64,000 nucleotides of DNA, from IMG/VR virus record IMGVR_UViG_3300042114_000045, positions 58,780 to 122,779 of that record; one strand, written 5' to 3'. Made by a program: the position numbers and the translations under genes. The notes beneath the pieces were generated by a model. It was not told the DNA's origin, ran no database searches, and saw nothing but the letters and a program-made list of their open reading frames with translations. Source of the stretch: a virus. How positions within the stretch are numbered: position 1 is the first letter of the stretch; each line of letters begins with the position of its first letter. This document shows positions 12,722-22,794 of this stretch, piece by piece.

Positions 12722-13207
12722 ATGGAATTAGTACAAACAACTGAAGAATCGGAATTAGTAGGTCTAATTAAAAAACATCAGCTACAAGCAAGAAAAGATA
12801 GAAACAAAGATAGAATAGATATTTTAACATCATTGTTAAGTGAAATTTTAATTGTAGGTAAAAACAATGGAAACAGAGAAACAACTAATGAAGAAGCAAT
12901 TAGAGTAATTAAAAAATTCAAAAATGGTGTTGAGTTAAGTATCGAGTCATTACAAGGGTCTCATAACTATGAAAACTGTACAGAAAGAATTGAAGATTTA
13001 AGAAATGAATTAGCAATTTATGATACATTTTTACCTAGACAAATGTCAGAAGAAGATCTACGGACTCTTCTGAACGTATGGAAAGAGACTAACTATGTCG
13101 ATAGTCCTACGATCGGTGGTTATATGTCAGCACTAAAAAGAGTATACGATGGCTTCTACGATGGTAAAATGGCATCAAGAGTTATACTAGAGATATTAAA
13201 GTCTTAA
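12722..13207 (+). CDS. GatB/YqeY-domain protein
   Basis: ARKDRNKDRIDILTSLLSEI...ELAIYDTFLPRQMSEEDL...YDGKMAS fits the YqeY pattern. Confidence 0.75.
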   Translation: MELVQTTEESELVGLIKKHQLQARKDRNKDRIDILTSLLSEILIVGKNNGNRETTNEEAIRVIKKFKNGVELSIESLQGSHNYENCTERIEDLRNELAIYDTFLPRQMSEEDLRTLLNVWKETNYVDSPTIGGYMSALKRVYDGFYDGKMASRVILEILKS

Positions 13208-13368
13208 TATGCTTGAAACTTATGATAAAACAGCTCAAGCAAAACGAAATACTGCTGAATACAAAAAAGATAGAATGATGCAAGAAGAATGGCTAAAAAA
13301 GAATAAACCAACTACTTGTAGTATAGCTCAAAATTTTAACGTACCGACAGAAATACCGGAGGTGTACG

Positions 13369-13638
13369 ATGACGATAATAGTTAATACTGCACAATGTCC
13401 TACTTGTAAAGACATACTATTTAGTAGAGCCCACCACGACTTCAGATTCTGTACTTGTGGAGAAACATTTGTAGATGGTGGATTTGAGTATGTACGAATA
13501 GGTGGTAAAGATCTTGAAGCAATTATAACAGGAACTATGGAAATATCAGCTTCAAAAAAAGAGTTATACGATGATTGGAACTACAGTGAAAATAAATACG
13601 GATTAATAAGGGGAACAAATGAAATACCTTCTGCTTGA
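13369..13638 (+). CDS. Small Zn-ribbon phage protein
   Basis: CPTC...HDFRFCTCG..FVDGG. Confidence 0.6.
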   Translation: MTIIVNTAQCPTCKDILFSRAHHDFRFCTCGETFVDGGFEYVRIGGKDLEAIITGTMEISASKKELYDDWNYSENKYGLIRGTNEIPSA

Positions 13639-14176
13639 TAAAGTATTACTTAAATTAGCAATGATTACAGCTATATACGGTGCAGTACTCGTAGCTGCAG
13701 GTATCGAACAAACCTATGGGTACATAGTGTTTAGTATATCATCAATCTTATGGATTTACCATTCAATTAGAACTGCTCAAGAAGAGCTATTTTATACAAA
13801 CGTAGTGTTTCTCTTTATAAACCTATTTGGATTGTGGGTAAGATATGATGTTAGTTGATACTATTTCAGAAAAACAAGAAGCAATAAAAATCTATGAGAA
13901 ATTAATGGACGACATAGTTATTGAAACTATTGATAACAAAATACTACGATTAATTGCTGAAGCTACAAAAGCACTAAAAGAAAATAAAGCAAAATACGGG
14001 ATATTGTAAAACTTCACCCGCTATTAAAGAAAGAAAGCTTATTACAAGTCTAGAAGGACATAAAGGTAGACTATAAATTAACAAACCAAAACGTACCTGC
14101 GAAGTGTAGTAGCGGTGACCTGAGATGACCTTTGGAACGTAGACCCACTCAGTATAAAAAGGGGAAAGTTCCACGA

Positions 14177-14251
14177 AACGGGTTGATGCAGCGGCAGCAG
14201 GTAGGCCTCATAAGCCGACAGTCATGGGTTCGAGTCCCATACCCGTTACCA
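14177..14251 (+). tRNA. tRNA-Met (CAU)
   Basis: Acceptor aacgggt/acccgtt, anticodon loop ct-CAT-aa, T-arm atggg-ttcgagt-cccat, ACCA end. Confidence 0.85.
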
Positions 14252-14260
14252 ATTTCATAT

Positions 14261-14386
14261 ACGCATATCGTCTAAGGGTAGGATATATAAAAACGTTTTC
14301 AGTTTGGCTAGAAAACGCACAGCAACTAAACAATAAAAATTTCTTTAAATGAAAAAGATGTGGGTTCGAATCCCACTATGCGTCCG
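14261..14386 (+). ncRNA. tRNA-like RNA with inserted ACAGCAA hairpin module (Y-RNA/YrlA-like candidate)
   Basis: Acceptor acgcata/tatgcgt, D-arm, T-arm gtggg-ttcgaat-cccac. Insert cgttttc/gaaaacg-c-ACAGCAA, then anticodon-like arm tttc-ttTAAat-gaaa. Confidence 0.6.
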
Positions 14387-14403
14387 AGGGCAGCCACCCT
14401 CAA

Positions 14404-14863
14404 CTTAACACTATAGAAAGCTAACAGCAAACTTTAATTATAAAACAACGCTGATTTAACATCTGCTCCATATAAACAAAAATAGCTTTCTGTAGTGTTA
14501 AGCCTAAACACTCATCTCTAAAGGTAGTAGAGTGAGCAGCGATAAGAATAAAGGTTCGCCGTAATAAGACAGGAACGATAGGCCACTTTGATTTACATAA
14601 TACTATAGTTATAAGTAACTGTGTATCGCAACCACCAGGACTAGGCATCCTGGTTTACTATTTTATAGGTTATATAACATATATTATATATCGTATAAAG
14701 TAGTTAAACTACTAGAGAGCTAACAGCAACCCTATACGACTCAACTTTTAATTGAAACTCACATAATGCTCTCTGTCTACTGTATCACAGATAACTAACA
14801 GCATACAATTTATGACCAAACTTTTAATTTGAACTCACAAACTAGTTATCTGTAATGCAGTAG
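14404..14863 (+). repeat. Three stem-ACAGCA hairpin RNA elements upstream of the Ro60-like gene
   Basis: Stems 14404-14423/14483-14502, 14714-14720/14768-14774 and 14777-14797/14843-14863. Each 5' strand is followed by (a)ACAGCA; two loops contain caa-cttttaa-ttg. Confidence 0.65.
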
Positions 14864-14896
14864 GCTCCTACTACAAAAAATAAAAGGAGAACAATA

Positions 14897-16315
14897 ATGT
14901 TCGTAGATGAATTATTAAACAAAACAACAACTCAAAATGGTGCAGTGACACATAAGTCATCGCTAAACGCATGCCTAGACCTATTCAGTATGGGTGTATC
15001 AGGTAATAAAGCATTACTTATTGAAGCTGCTCTTAAAGAAGATCCAATTACTGCTATCAAAGCAGTTCTATATCTACGAGATTGTAGAGGTGGTCAAGGT
15101 AATAAAGATATCGCAAGAGAATTCCATAAAGTAGTTATTCAAAAATTAGCTACTTGGGAAGCATTTATGACTGGCTACATAAAACTATTACCATTCCTAC
15201 CAGAGTTAGGTAGCTGGAAAGACATCTACGACTTATACGGTAGAAACGCAATGATGAACAATGAAATCTTAAAACTTGTTACACAAGCAATTAAAGATAA
15301 CAATGGATTAGCTGCAAAATGGTTCCCAAGACAATCTCAATTTCATAAAGACTACTGTGAATACGTAGGTAAAGACTTAGGTACAGTTAGAAGACAAATA
15401 ACAAAACTTACAAAAGTAGTTGAAACTAAAATGTGTTCACAAAATTGGCATGAAATAAATTACTCACAAGTACCATCAATTGCTAACAAAAAATACAACA
15501 AAGCTTTCAAAAGAAACGATAGCAGTAGATATGAGCAATTCCTTAACAAAGCCGTAGCTGGTGAAGTAAAAGTAAATGCTGCACAATTATACCCTCACGA
15601 AATTACTTATAAAGCAAAACGAGGTGGAACTGAGTCAAAACAAGCAGATGCATTGTGGAAAAATCTACCAAACTATATGGCAGATAACCAAACAAATATC
15701 CTACCAGTAATTGATACTTCAGGTTCAATGACATCTACGGCGTATAGCCCATACTCTTGTATGGATATAGCAATTGGTCTAGGTTTATACTTCTCTGAGC
15801 ATAATACTGGAGAATTTAAAGATGTCTGGTGTAACTTTGATACAAACCCTAAGTTTAAAAAACTTACTGGTTCAACACTTTCTGAAAGAGTTAGAACTTT
15901 AGACTATAACAACTGGGGTGGTTCAACAAATATTCAAGCAGTATTTGACACAATCTTACCAATCGCAATCAGAAATCCAGAAACTTGTCCAAAAGCAATT
16001 ATCATCGTATCTGATATAGAATTCAACGAAGCAAATAGACGAGGAATGACTAACTTTGAAGCAATTAAAGATAAATATGCAGCAGCTGGTCTTGTAGCAC
16101 CTACAGTTATCTTTTGGAGAGTGAATGTAAAAGTTTCTCAACAACCAGTAACAGCACACTCAACAGGTGCAGTATTAATCAACGGATTTTCTCCAGCGAT
16201 TATGAAATTACTTTGTAGCTTTGATTTAGAAACATTAACGGATATTACTCCATTAAGTTTGATGCACAAAGCATTAGAAAAATATAAATTTGTTAATGAG
16301 TTGTTTGTAGCTTAG
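14897..16315 (+). CDS. Ro60/TROVE-like vWA protein (DUF2828-type)
   Basis: N-terminal TQNGAVTHKSSLNACLDLF, LRDCRGGQG, GSWKD, AAKWFPR; vWA MIDAS DTSGSM; WGGSTN. Confidence 0.8.
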   Translation: MFVDELLNKTTTQNGAVTHKSSLNACLDLFSMGVSGNKALLIEAALKEDPITAIKAVLYLRDCRGGQGNKDIAREFHKVVIQKLATWEAFMTGYIKLLPFLPELGSWKDIYDLYGRNAMMNNEILKLVTQAIKDNNGLAAKWFPRQSQFHKDYCEYVGKDLGTVRRQITKLTKVVETKMCSQNWHEINYSQVPSIANKKYNKAFKRNDSSRYEQFLNKAVAGEVKVNAAQLYPHEITYKAKRGGTESKQADALWKNLPNYMADNQTNILPVIDTSGSMTSTAYSPYSCMDIAIGLGLYFSEHNTGEFKDVWCNFDTNPKFKKLTGSTLSERVRTLDYNNWGGSTNIQAVFDTILPIAIRNPETCPKAIIIVSDIEFNEANRRGMTNFEAIKDKYAAAGLVAPTVIFWRVNVKVSQQPVTAHSTGAVLINGFSPAIMKLLCSFDLETLTDITPLSLMHKALEKYKFVNELFVA

Positions 16316-16666
16316 TAACTACTCATAAGGAGTCAGTAATGGCAGACAAAACAAAACAAGAAATAGATTTAGAAAAACTCAAAGAAAATCAAAAGCAACT
16401 AGTTACTTGGCTAGAAAACCAAAGAAGAACTAGTCAAAGCCATATAGGCTTTTCAGCTTTTGACTCAGTTATAACGTTTATAAACAACGATTATAAGGAC
16501 TTGAGGCAAGAAGTATGCTAACATTTATTTCAATAATTAAGGCAGAGTTTCTTGCATTCTACTATTCAGGAGAGGTTATATACCACCATATTAACAAACA
16601 CAATCAATGGGAGTTTATTATTGTTGGTACATATAGAACATTATACAGAAGTAAAGGATTAAGATA

Positions 16667-17683
16667 ATGAAACATCATTTAGGCTCTATACTATTTTCAA
16701 TAGTAACGGCAATTTTAATATTCGGCTATGGCTTTGCTATAGAAGGAATAAACACAGGTCTACAGTTTTTAGTAGTAATTCTAGCACTATCAGTTTTAGA
16801 AGTATCACTATCGTTTGATAATGCAGTTGCAAATGCAAGGGTATTAGCTACAATGGATAAAGTATGGCAGCAACGCTTTTTAACTTGGGGTATGCTTATA
16901 GCAGTATTTGGTATGAGAATTGTATTCCCGTTAATTATAGTTGCTATAGCAGGTTCAATAAGTATGTTTGATGCATTAACGTTAGCAATGTATGAACCAT
17001 TAAAATATGCAGAAGTACTGACTAGTGCAGAAGTTTTAATTAAAGGATTCGGAGGAGCATTCTTACTACTTGTAGGTTTAGAATTCTTCTTTGATGAAGA
17101 AAAAGAAAATCACTGGATTAAACCAGTAGAAAGTAAACTAATTAAATTAGGTGCTTTAAAATCATCAGCTATCGTCATAACGCTAATAGTACTTTCATAT
17201 TTCAGTACACTATTGCCTATTGAAGAAGCAAAAGAACTTTTAGTATCAGGTGTACTTGGTATTATAGCTCATGAAATTATAAAAAGTTTCGGAGAACTAG
17301 TAGGAGAAGAAGATGCTACAACTACGGTGGCAAAAGCAGGGCTTATGTCATTCTTATACTTAGAGATTTTAGATGCTTCATTCTCATTTGATGGGGTTAT
17401 TGGTGCATTCGCAATTAGTACAAATATATTTGTAATAGCAGCAGGTTTAGGTATTGGTGCAATGTTCGTAAGATCATTAACAATACATTTAGTGGAAGCA
17501 GGTACTTTAGCTGAATACAAATTCTTAGAGCACGGAGCATTCTGGTCAATCATTGTACTAGCATTTATCATGTTCGCTGGAACAGTAATGCATATTTCAG
17601 AAATCATTACAGGTGTGCTATCAGTAGCATTAATAGGAATAGCGTTAGCTCATTCAATTTACAACAATAAAAAAGGTATTTAA
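16667..17683 (+). CDS. TerC-family integral membrane protein (DUF475)
   Basis: LEVSLSFDNAVANA, FLYLEILDASFSFDGVIGAFA, LEHGAFWSI. Confidence 0.9.
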   Translation: MKHHLGSILFSIVTAILIFGYGFAIEGINTGLQFLVVILALSVLEVSLSFDNAVANARVLATMDKVWQQRFLTWGMLIAVFGMRIVFPLIIVAIAGSISMFDALTLAMYEPLKYAEVLTSAEVLIKGFGGAFLLLVGLEFFFDEEKENHWIKPVESKLIKLGALKSSAIVITLIVLSYFSTLLPIEEAKELLVSGVLGIIAHEIIKSFGELVGEEDATTTVAKAGLMSFLYLEILDASFSFDGVIGAFAISTNIFVIAAGLGIGAMFVRSLTIHLVEAGTLAEYKFLEHGAFWSIIVLAFIMFAGTVMHISEIITGVLSVALIGIALAHSIYNNKKGI

Positions 17684-17684
17684 T

Positions 17685-18251
17685 ATGGTATTAGATTTAA
17701 ATAAAGGTCAAGAGTTTAATCTTGACTTAACAAAAGAAACAAAATTTGAAATTGCTCTCCAATGGGGCTACAACAGAACTGGCGTAGATATGGACTTAGA
17801 TGTATCTGCATTCTTGCTTAACGAATCAGCTGGTAAAAATAAATTACTTGATATGGGTAATGCAGTTTACTTTAAAAACAAAGAGTCAAAAGATAAATCA
17901 GTAAGATTATCTGGTGATAGTAGAGATGGTGCAGCAGAAAAAGATGACGAAGTTATCTATGTTGATACAAGTAAAATTGCATCTGACGTGTCAAGAATTC
18001 AAATCTATGTTAATATTTTTGCTCCAAAAGTATCATTCAGAGAAGTTCAAACAGCATTAGCAATCGTTAGAACTGGTAACACAGTACTTGCAACAGTAAA
18101 TATGTCAACTGATTTCCAAAATGAAAACAGTATTCTAGTTGGGTTTATCTCAAAAGTTAATGGTAACTGGACTTTCACTGCAGGTGGAGAAGGTTATATT
18201 ATTACCGATTTGAACACAATCGTAGCAGCATTAAATAAAGAAGGAGTATAG
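17685..18251 (+). CDS. terD: TerD-family stress protein
   Basis: LQWG...DLDVSAFLL...VYFKN...LSGDSRDG...DDEVI. Confidence 0.85.
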   Translation: MVLDLNKGQEFNLDLTKETKFEIALQWGYNRTGVDMDLDVSAFLLNESAGKNKLLDMGNAVYFKNKESKDKSVRLSGDSRDGAAEKDDEVIYVDTSKIASDVSRIQIYVNIFAPKVSFREVQTALAIVRTGNTVLATVNMSTDFQNENSILVGFISKVNGNWTFTAGGEGYIITDLNTIVAALNKEGV

Positions 18252-18252
18252 T

Positions 18253-18858
18253 ATGCAACTAGACTTAGAAAAAGGTATGTCATTAGACTTAAGTAAACAA
18301 CCAGGTGGTCTAACAACAATGGACATCGGTGTTACTTGGGGAAAACAAATTATTGAAAAAACGTCAAGTGGACTATTCGGAATCGGTAGCAAAACTTCAA
18401 CTGAAGAAAAAGATGTAGACTTAGATCTATCATTATTTGTTTACTCAGACTCAGGGTTAATTGATAAAGTATACTTCAACAATAAAAGAATTGCTGGTGT
18501 AGTACACAGTGGTGATGATTTAATCGGTGGTGTAAAATCAAAAGATAACGAAACAATCAGAGTTGACTTTAATAGTTTACCTGCTAAAGCAACAAAATTA
18601 GTTGCTGTTCTTGTGTCTTACAACAAAGTTCCGTTTAAAGAACTTAATACTGCTGAACTAAGAACATATGATACATCTGTTAATCCAAGAGCTGTAATGA
18701 CTGAAACAAAAATTACAACACAAACATTTGGTAATGCATCTTCAATGATATTCTGTAAAATAGAATTAAAAGACAATAGCTGGGTTATTACTGCAATTGG
18801 TGAACCATCTTCAGCTACAAGTATTTCAGAAATAGAAACATTCGCACGAAGAGCGTAA
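18253..18858 (+). CDS. TerD/TerZ-family stress protein
   Basis: GVTWG...DVDLDLS...VYFNN...HSGDDLIG..DNETI. Confidence 0.85.
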   Translation: MQLDLEKGMSLDLSKQPGGLTTMDIGVTWGKQIIEKTSSGLFGIGSKTSTEEKDVDLDLSLFVYSDSGLIDKVYFNNKRIAGVVHSGDDLIGGVKSKDNETIRVDFNSLPAKATKLVAVLVSYNKVPFKELNTAELRTYDTSVNPRAVMTETKITTQTFGNASSMIFCKIELKDNSWVITAIGEPSSATSISEIETFARRA

Positions 18859-18867
18859 GGAATAAAA

Positions 18868-19929
18868 ATGCTACAAGCTACAAAAACAACATTTGATATA
18901 ACTGATGTAGAGGTATCAAATTCAAAACAACTTGTTATCTCTCCCGAGATAAAAAATAAACTACAAGTAATTACACTTTCGAATCCAGAAGCTTTAAACA
19001 CTTTTGGAGAAGAAACTGCTAATGTATTAAAAAATTTATCAAATGATATGTCAGTTGATTCAAAACTAAAAGATATGGGAGAGGTAGGTACTAAAATAAA
19101 TGACCTACTTAAAAAAGCAAAGAGTTTAGATCCTTCTGTACTTTTAGCAAAACCAGGCTTCTTCGGTAAACTATTTGGTAAAATCAAAGATCCAATTGAC
19201 ACATTTGCAAATAATCAAAAATCAGTATCTGAATCAGTAAAACAAATTGCAGTGAAGTTATTAGATGATAGAAAAACTCTATTAGCTGATAATGTTAAAT
19301 TAGATAAAGTATATGATTCAAATGTTATTGCATTAGCTAATCTTGAACAATATATTGTAGCTGGTAATAACCATCTCGAAACTCTTAGAGAAGAATTGAG
19401 GGTATTATCTACGAGTCAATCTGACTCAGTAGGATTACAAATACAGACTGGTAAAGATGTTATTAGTAGATTTGAGCAAAGAATTGATAGACTTAATTCA
19501 TCAAGAGCTATTGTACTTAGACAATTACCTCAAATTCGTATTATGCAAAACTCTAACTTTAGAGAAGCAGAAACTATACAAGATACAGTTAATACCGCAA
19601 TACCAGTATGGGAACAACAAATTAGTTTATATATAACCCAACTACGTACTAAACTAGCTTTAGAAAACGAAAGAAGTGTAAATAAAATGATAAATGAAAC
19701 AATAAGTGCTTCAGCAGCATTAACACATCAAAATACAGTTGAAATTGCAAACGCAAGTAACAACTCTTTAATAGATTTATCTACTATTCAAACAGTACAA
19801 GATAATCTAATTAAATCAATTGATGTTATGGCTGCTACAGCAGAAACAGGTAGACAAAAAAGACTTGAGTCATTCAACGCAATAGCATTAATGGATACTC
19901 AGTTAAAAGAAAACCTTTCAAAAAGATAA
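18868..19929 (+). CDS. telA: Toxic anion resistance protein (TelA family)
   Basis: GFFGKLFG, coiled coil, QLPQIRIMQNSN...TAIPVW; adjacent to ter genes. Confidence 0.8.
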   Translation: MLQATKTTFDITDVEVSNSKQLVISPEIKNKLQVITLSNPEALNTFGEETANVLKNLSNDMSVDSKLKDMGEVGTKINDLLKKAKSLDPSVLLAKPGFFGKLFGKIKDPIDTFANNQKSVSESVKQIAVKLLDDRKTLLADNVKLDKVYDSNVIALANLEQYIVAGNNHLETLREELRVLSTSQSDSVGLQIQTGKDVISRFEQRIDRLNSSRAIVLRQLPQIRIMQNSNFREAETIQDTVNTAIPVWEQQISLYITQLRTKLALENERSVNKMINETISASAALTHQNTVEIANASNNSLIDLSTIQTVQDNLIKSIDVMAATAETGRQKRLESFNAIALMDTQLKENLSKR

Positions 19930-19940
19930 GGAAATAAACC

Positions 19941-20717
19941 ATGCTAGTAGCTACTAAAGTACTCCCTATGCTTCAAGCTAGTACTAGCATAAATACTTCT
20001 TTACCACAACAACAGTTAGAGGTATCTTTAGATTTTAATTATTCATTTCTTAAAACAAAGATACCAAATTTAACAATGATTTTATATGATGATATTAAAA
20101 ATTATCTTAGTAACTTTAAAAAAGAAGTAGTGCTATCACTAGACTTTAATTTTTTAAATAGCTTTGGAAATAAACATCAACATGACATAACAATGTTATC
20201 GTCTAAGATTATAGAGTTAAATAATGTTGTTACATTTGAACAAACACTTAACAAAGTAAGAACACAAATAACTAGTAAATCAATATTTAGTACAAAATTA
20301 ATAGTTGAATCTTCAACGGCATTATCTTTGTTACAAAATAATATTTTAACTGTACAAGCTACACTAGCTACGTCAATAGGAAGCGTGAAGAACAATCTAT
20401 CCGTATTAGAAAAGGATTTAAGAGAAGTTACAGTTTATTATGATATACTTCTATTTATATATAACTATATAATAGATAATAACATATTAACTAAACAACA
20501 GATAGAATCAGTAGATTTATTTATTACTAGAACTAATAGTCTAAAAACATCTTGTATTATAGCAAGTCAACTACAAATGACAATGCAAAATATACTAAAC
20601 TCATTAGAACTAGAACAAAAACAATGTAGTACTTTTTTAAATATAACAATACCAGCATTTGTAGCTTTGCAGTTAAATGATCCAAATAAATTAAAAGAAA
20701 CTCTATTAACGTTATAA
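19941..20717 (+). CDS. Hypothetical coiled-coil protein in the ter cluster
   Basis: ORF with SD; helical; ends FLNITIPAF, weakly TelA-like. Confidence 0.5.
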   Translation: MLVATKVLPMLQASTSINTSLPQQQLEVSLDFNYSFLKTKIPNLTMILYDDIKNYLSNFKKEVVLSLDFNFLNSFGNKHQHDITMLSSKIIELNNVVTFEQTLNKVRTQITSKSIFSTKLIVESSTALSLLQNNILTVQATLATSIGSVKNNLSVLEKDLREVTVYYDILLFIYNYIIDNNILTKQQIESVDLFITRTNSLKTSCIIASQLQMTMQNILNSLELEQKQCSTFLNITIPAFVALQLNDPNKLKETLLTL

Positions 20718-21232
20718 GGATAACAATTGAATAAAGAACAAATAGATAAGGCTATACAACTTATACCAACTTACACAGATGATGATTTAGTCCATAACTG
20801 GAAATGTGCAACAGCGATGAAAGCAAACTCAGATAGACTGTTACTAAAACCATTTATAACTGCGATAGAATCAGAACGGAAAAAAAGAGGTAAAGTGATA
20901 GAACTAGCAGATACATCAATACACGCACCTGAATCTACAAACGTAGATACAGAAGAGGAAACTGAAGAGCCTTAAAGACTTAGTGGCGGTGGGTCACAAA
21001 ATTGACCATCAAGTTCTAGGACTAATAACCTAGTGGAAGAGAGTTTAACACTCCAAGTTCTTGAACTTAAATCAAGTGGTACCCTCAGTAATGGGGCAGT
21101 TATCGGACTTAAACCGATTGGTGGAGTTTACTACCAAGTAAACCTTATGACCTAGCTAGAAGTCATTAAAAGCTGCAGTAGAAGTTTTGTTAGCTAGCCT
21201 GGACTACATAAAAACCAGAAAACTAACACTAT

Positions 21233-21562
21233 GGGGATGTCCTGGCATCGACTAGAGCATCAAGCTACCTATGTGCTATCCAGTTGTAGAACTGTAAAAC
21301 TACACCAAAATTTTAAATGCAAACAATGTAAACTACAGATCAGCTCAATTCGTAAGAGTTGCTGCTTAATCTATAGCCTGGTCCCACTATATTACCAAAC
21401 GGGACTGTTTCGTCGAAAGACACCTCTCATATATACAAATATGCAGTATTAAAATGTATATCAGTCCGCAGCTACTGAACAAGCGACCAATTTAGTATGA
21501 TAGCTAAAAGCATGGATGCAAGGTGTTTTAACACACGGGTTCGACTCCCGTCATCTCCACCA
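21233..21562 (+). ncRNA. ssrA: tmRNA
   Basis: 5' ggggatg, 3' T-arm acggg-ttcgact-cccgt + catctccACCA; tag ORF 21319-21369 reads ANNVNYRSAQFVRVAA*. Confidence 0.93.
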
Positions 21563-21564
21563 AT

Positions 21565-21653
21565 GGATAGATAGCCTAATGGTAAGGCACCAGCCTTGAA
21601 AGCTGGCGATAGAAGAAATTCTATTGAGAGTTCGAGTCTCTCTCTATCCTCCA
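21565..21653 (+). tRNA. tRNA-Ser (UGA)
   Basis: ccagc-ct-TGA-aa-gctgg, long variable arm, CCA end. Confidence 0.92.
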
Positions 21654-21654
21654 T

Positions 21655-21729
21655 TCAAAGATAGTTCAACCGGGCAGAACAACAACCAGGGGGTTGTAGT
21701 TATAGGTTCAAATCCTGTTCTTTGATCCA
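21655..21729 (+). pseudogene. tRNA-like gene with a non-canonical anticodon loop
   Basis: Acceptor tcaaaga/tctttga, D- and T-arms intact, CCA end; anticodon arm acaac-cagggg-gttgt has a 6-nt loop with no U33. Confidence 0.6.
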
Positions 21730-21734
21730 AATAA

Positions 21735-21811
21735 GGACCTGTAGCTTAAACGTAAAAGCCCTCGCCTCATAAGCGAAGAGATTTCATGACGTAACATGAA
21801 TGGGTCCACCA
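21735..21811 (+). tRNA. tRNA-Met/Ile2 (CAU) with atypical T-loop
   Basis: tcgc-ct-CAT-aa-gcga; ACCA end; T-arm ttcatg-acgtaa-catgaa lacks TTC. Confidence 0.7.
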
Positions 21812-21812
21812 C

Positions 21813-21900
21813 GGAGAGTTGAGAGAGTGGTTTATTCTACCTCTTTGCTAAAGAGGCGTAGTTTCGGCTACCATAGGTTCAAATCCTATACTCTCCTCCA
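21813..21900 (+). tRNA. tRNA-Ser (GCU)
   Basis: cctct-tt-GCT-aa-agagg, variable arm, CCA end. Confidence 0.9.
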
Positions 21901-21910
21901 TTTTTCATAT

Positions 21911-22032
21911 GATACTGTAGCTCAGCGGTAGAGCGCTAAAAAATGTTTCCTGTATTGACTTAGGAAATGCACTGCAATAAAACTTATTCACTTATAATGA
22001 AGCGGTCGGTGGTTCGAATCCATCCAGTATCT
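21911..22032 (+). ncRNA. Second tRNA-like RNA with inserted ACTGCAA hairpin module
   Basis: Acceptor gatactg/cagtatc, D-arm gctc/gagc, insert tttcct/aggaaa-tgc-ACTGCAA, anticodon-like arm ttca-ctTATaa-tgaa, T-arm ggtgg-ttcgaat-ccatc. Confidence 0.65.
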
Positions 22033-22152
22033 TTACGGGACTAGTCATCCCATCTTTAATCAATTATTAAGGATAAAGTTACTATAATTAGTAACAAACG
22101 TTAAATCTCTGTACAGAAGTATTGAACTACTGTGTTACATTTAACTTTTCTT

Positions 22153-22236
22153 GGGAGTGTAGACCTCTAAGGAGCAGGGCCGGATTGTAAATCCGGATCG
22201 TAAGACCGCCAGGATCGTTACCTGGAATTCCCACCA
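22153..22236 (+). tRNA. tRNA-Tyr (GUA) with atypical T-loop
   Basis: ccgga-tt-GTA-aa-tccgg; ACCA end; T-loop atcgtta. Confidence 0.8.
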
Positions 22237-22299
22237 TTTAATAAACAATTAAGAAATTTATTGGTATACTCATGTATAAATTATTACATAGGGTTAACA

Positions 22300-22776
22300 A
22301 TGAAATACAATAAAGAAAATTTAACAATAGCGGCTAAAAATAACGATACAATAAGTGATGTTGTAAGAACTATAACCGGTAAAAGTATAGCCTCACCAAG
22401 TTCAATAAACTTAGTTAGTAAAAAATTAAAAGAGTATGGTATAGATACATCTCATTTTATAGGATCAAGTAAAGGTTCGCTTAATTTAAAAGTAGAAAAA
22501 CGAACATTTGAAGAAGTTTTAGTTTTTAATAAAAATCTAATAAATAGAGTTAATAGAAAAAGCTTATTATCAGCAATACTTAAAAGTAAAGTGCTGGATT
22601 ATGAATGCGAAATATGTAAAAATAAAGGCATTCATTTAGAAAAAGAACTAGTACTACAGATAGACCATAAAGATGGTAACTGGAAAAACAACAGTATAAG
22701 TAACCTACGATTTCTATGTCCAAATTGTCATTCACAAACAAGTACTTACGGGTTTAATGGTACCGTAAAATACTAG
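22300..22776 (+). CDS. HNH homing endonuclease inserted in the tRNA cluster
   Basis: CEIC...LQIDHKDGNWKNNSISNLRFLCPNCHSQT; probable start is MKYNKEN. Confidence 0.88.
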   Translation: MKYNKENLTIAAKNNDTISDVVRTITGKSIASPSSINLVSKKLKEYGIDTSHFIGSSKGSLNLKVEKRTFEEVLVFNKNLINRVNRKSLLSAILKSKVLDYECEICKNKGIHLEKELVLQIDHKDGNWKNNSISNLRFLCPNCHSQTSTYGFNGTVKY

Positions 22777-22794
22777 ATAATACCATTTGTAGTT

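Noticed and set aside
21231-21654. ORFs 21231-21452 (+) and 21472-21654 (-)
   Set aside because: They overlap tmRNA and tRNA-Ser.
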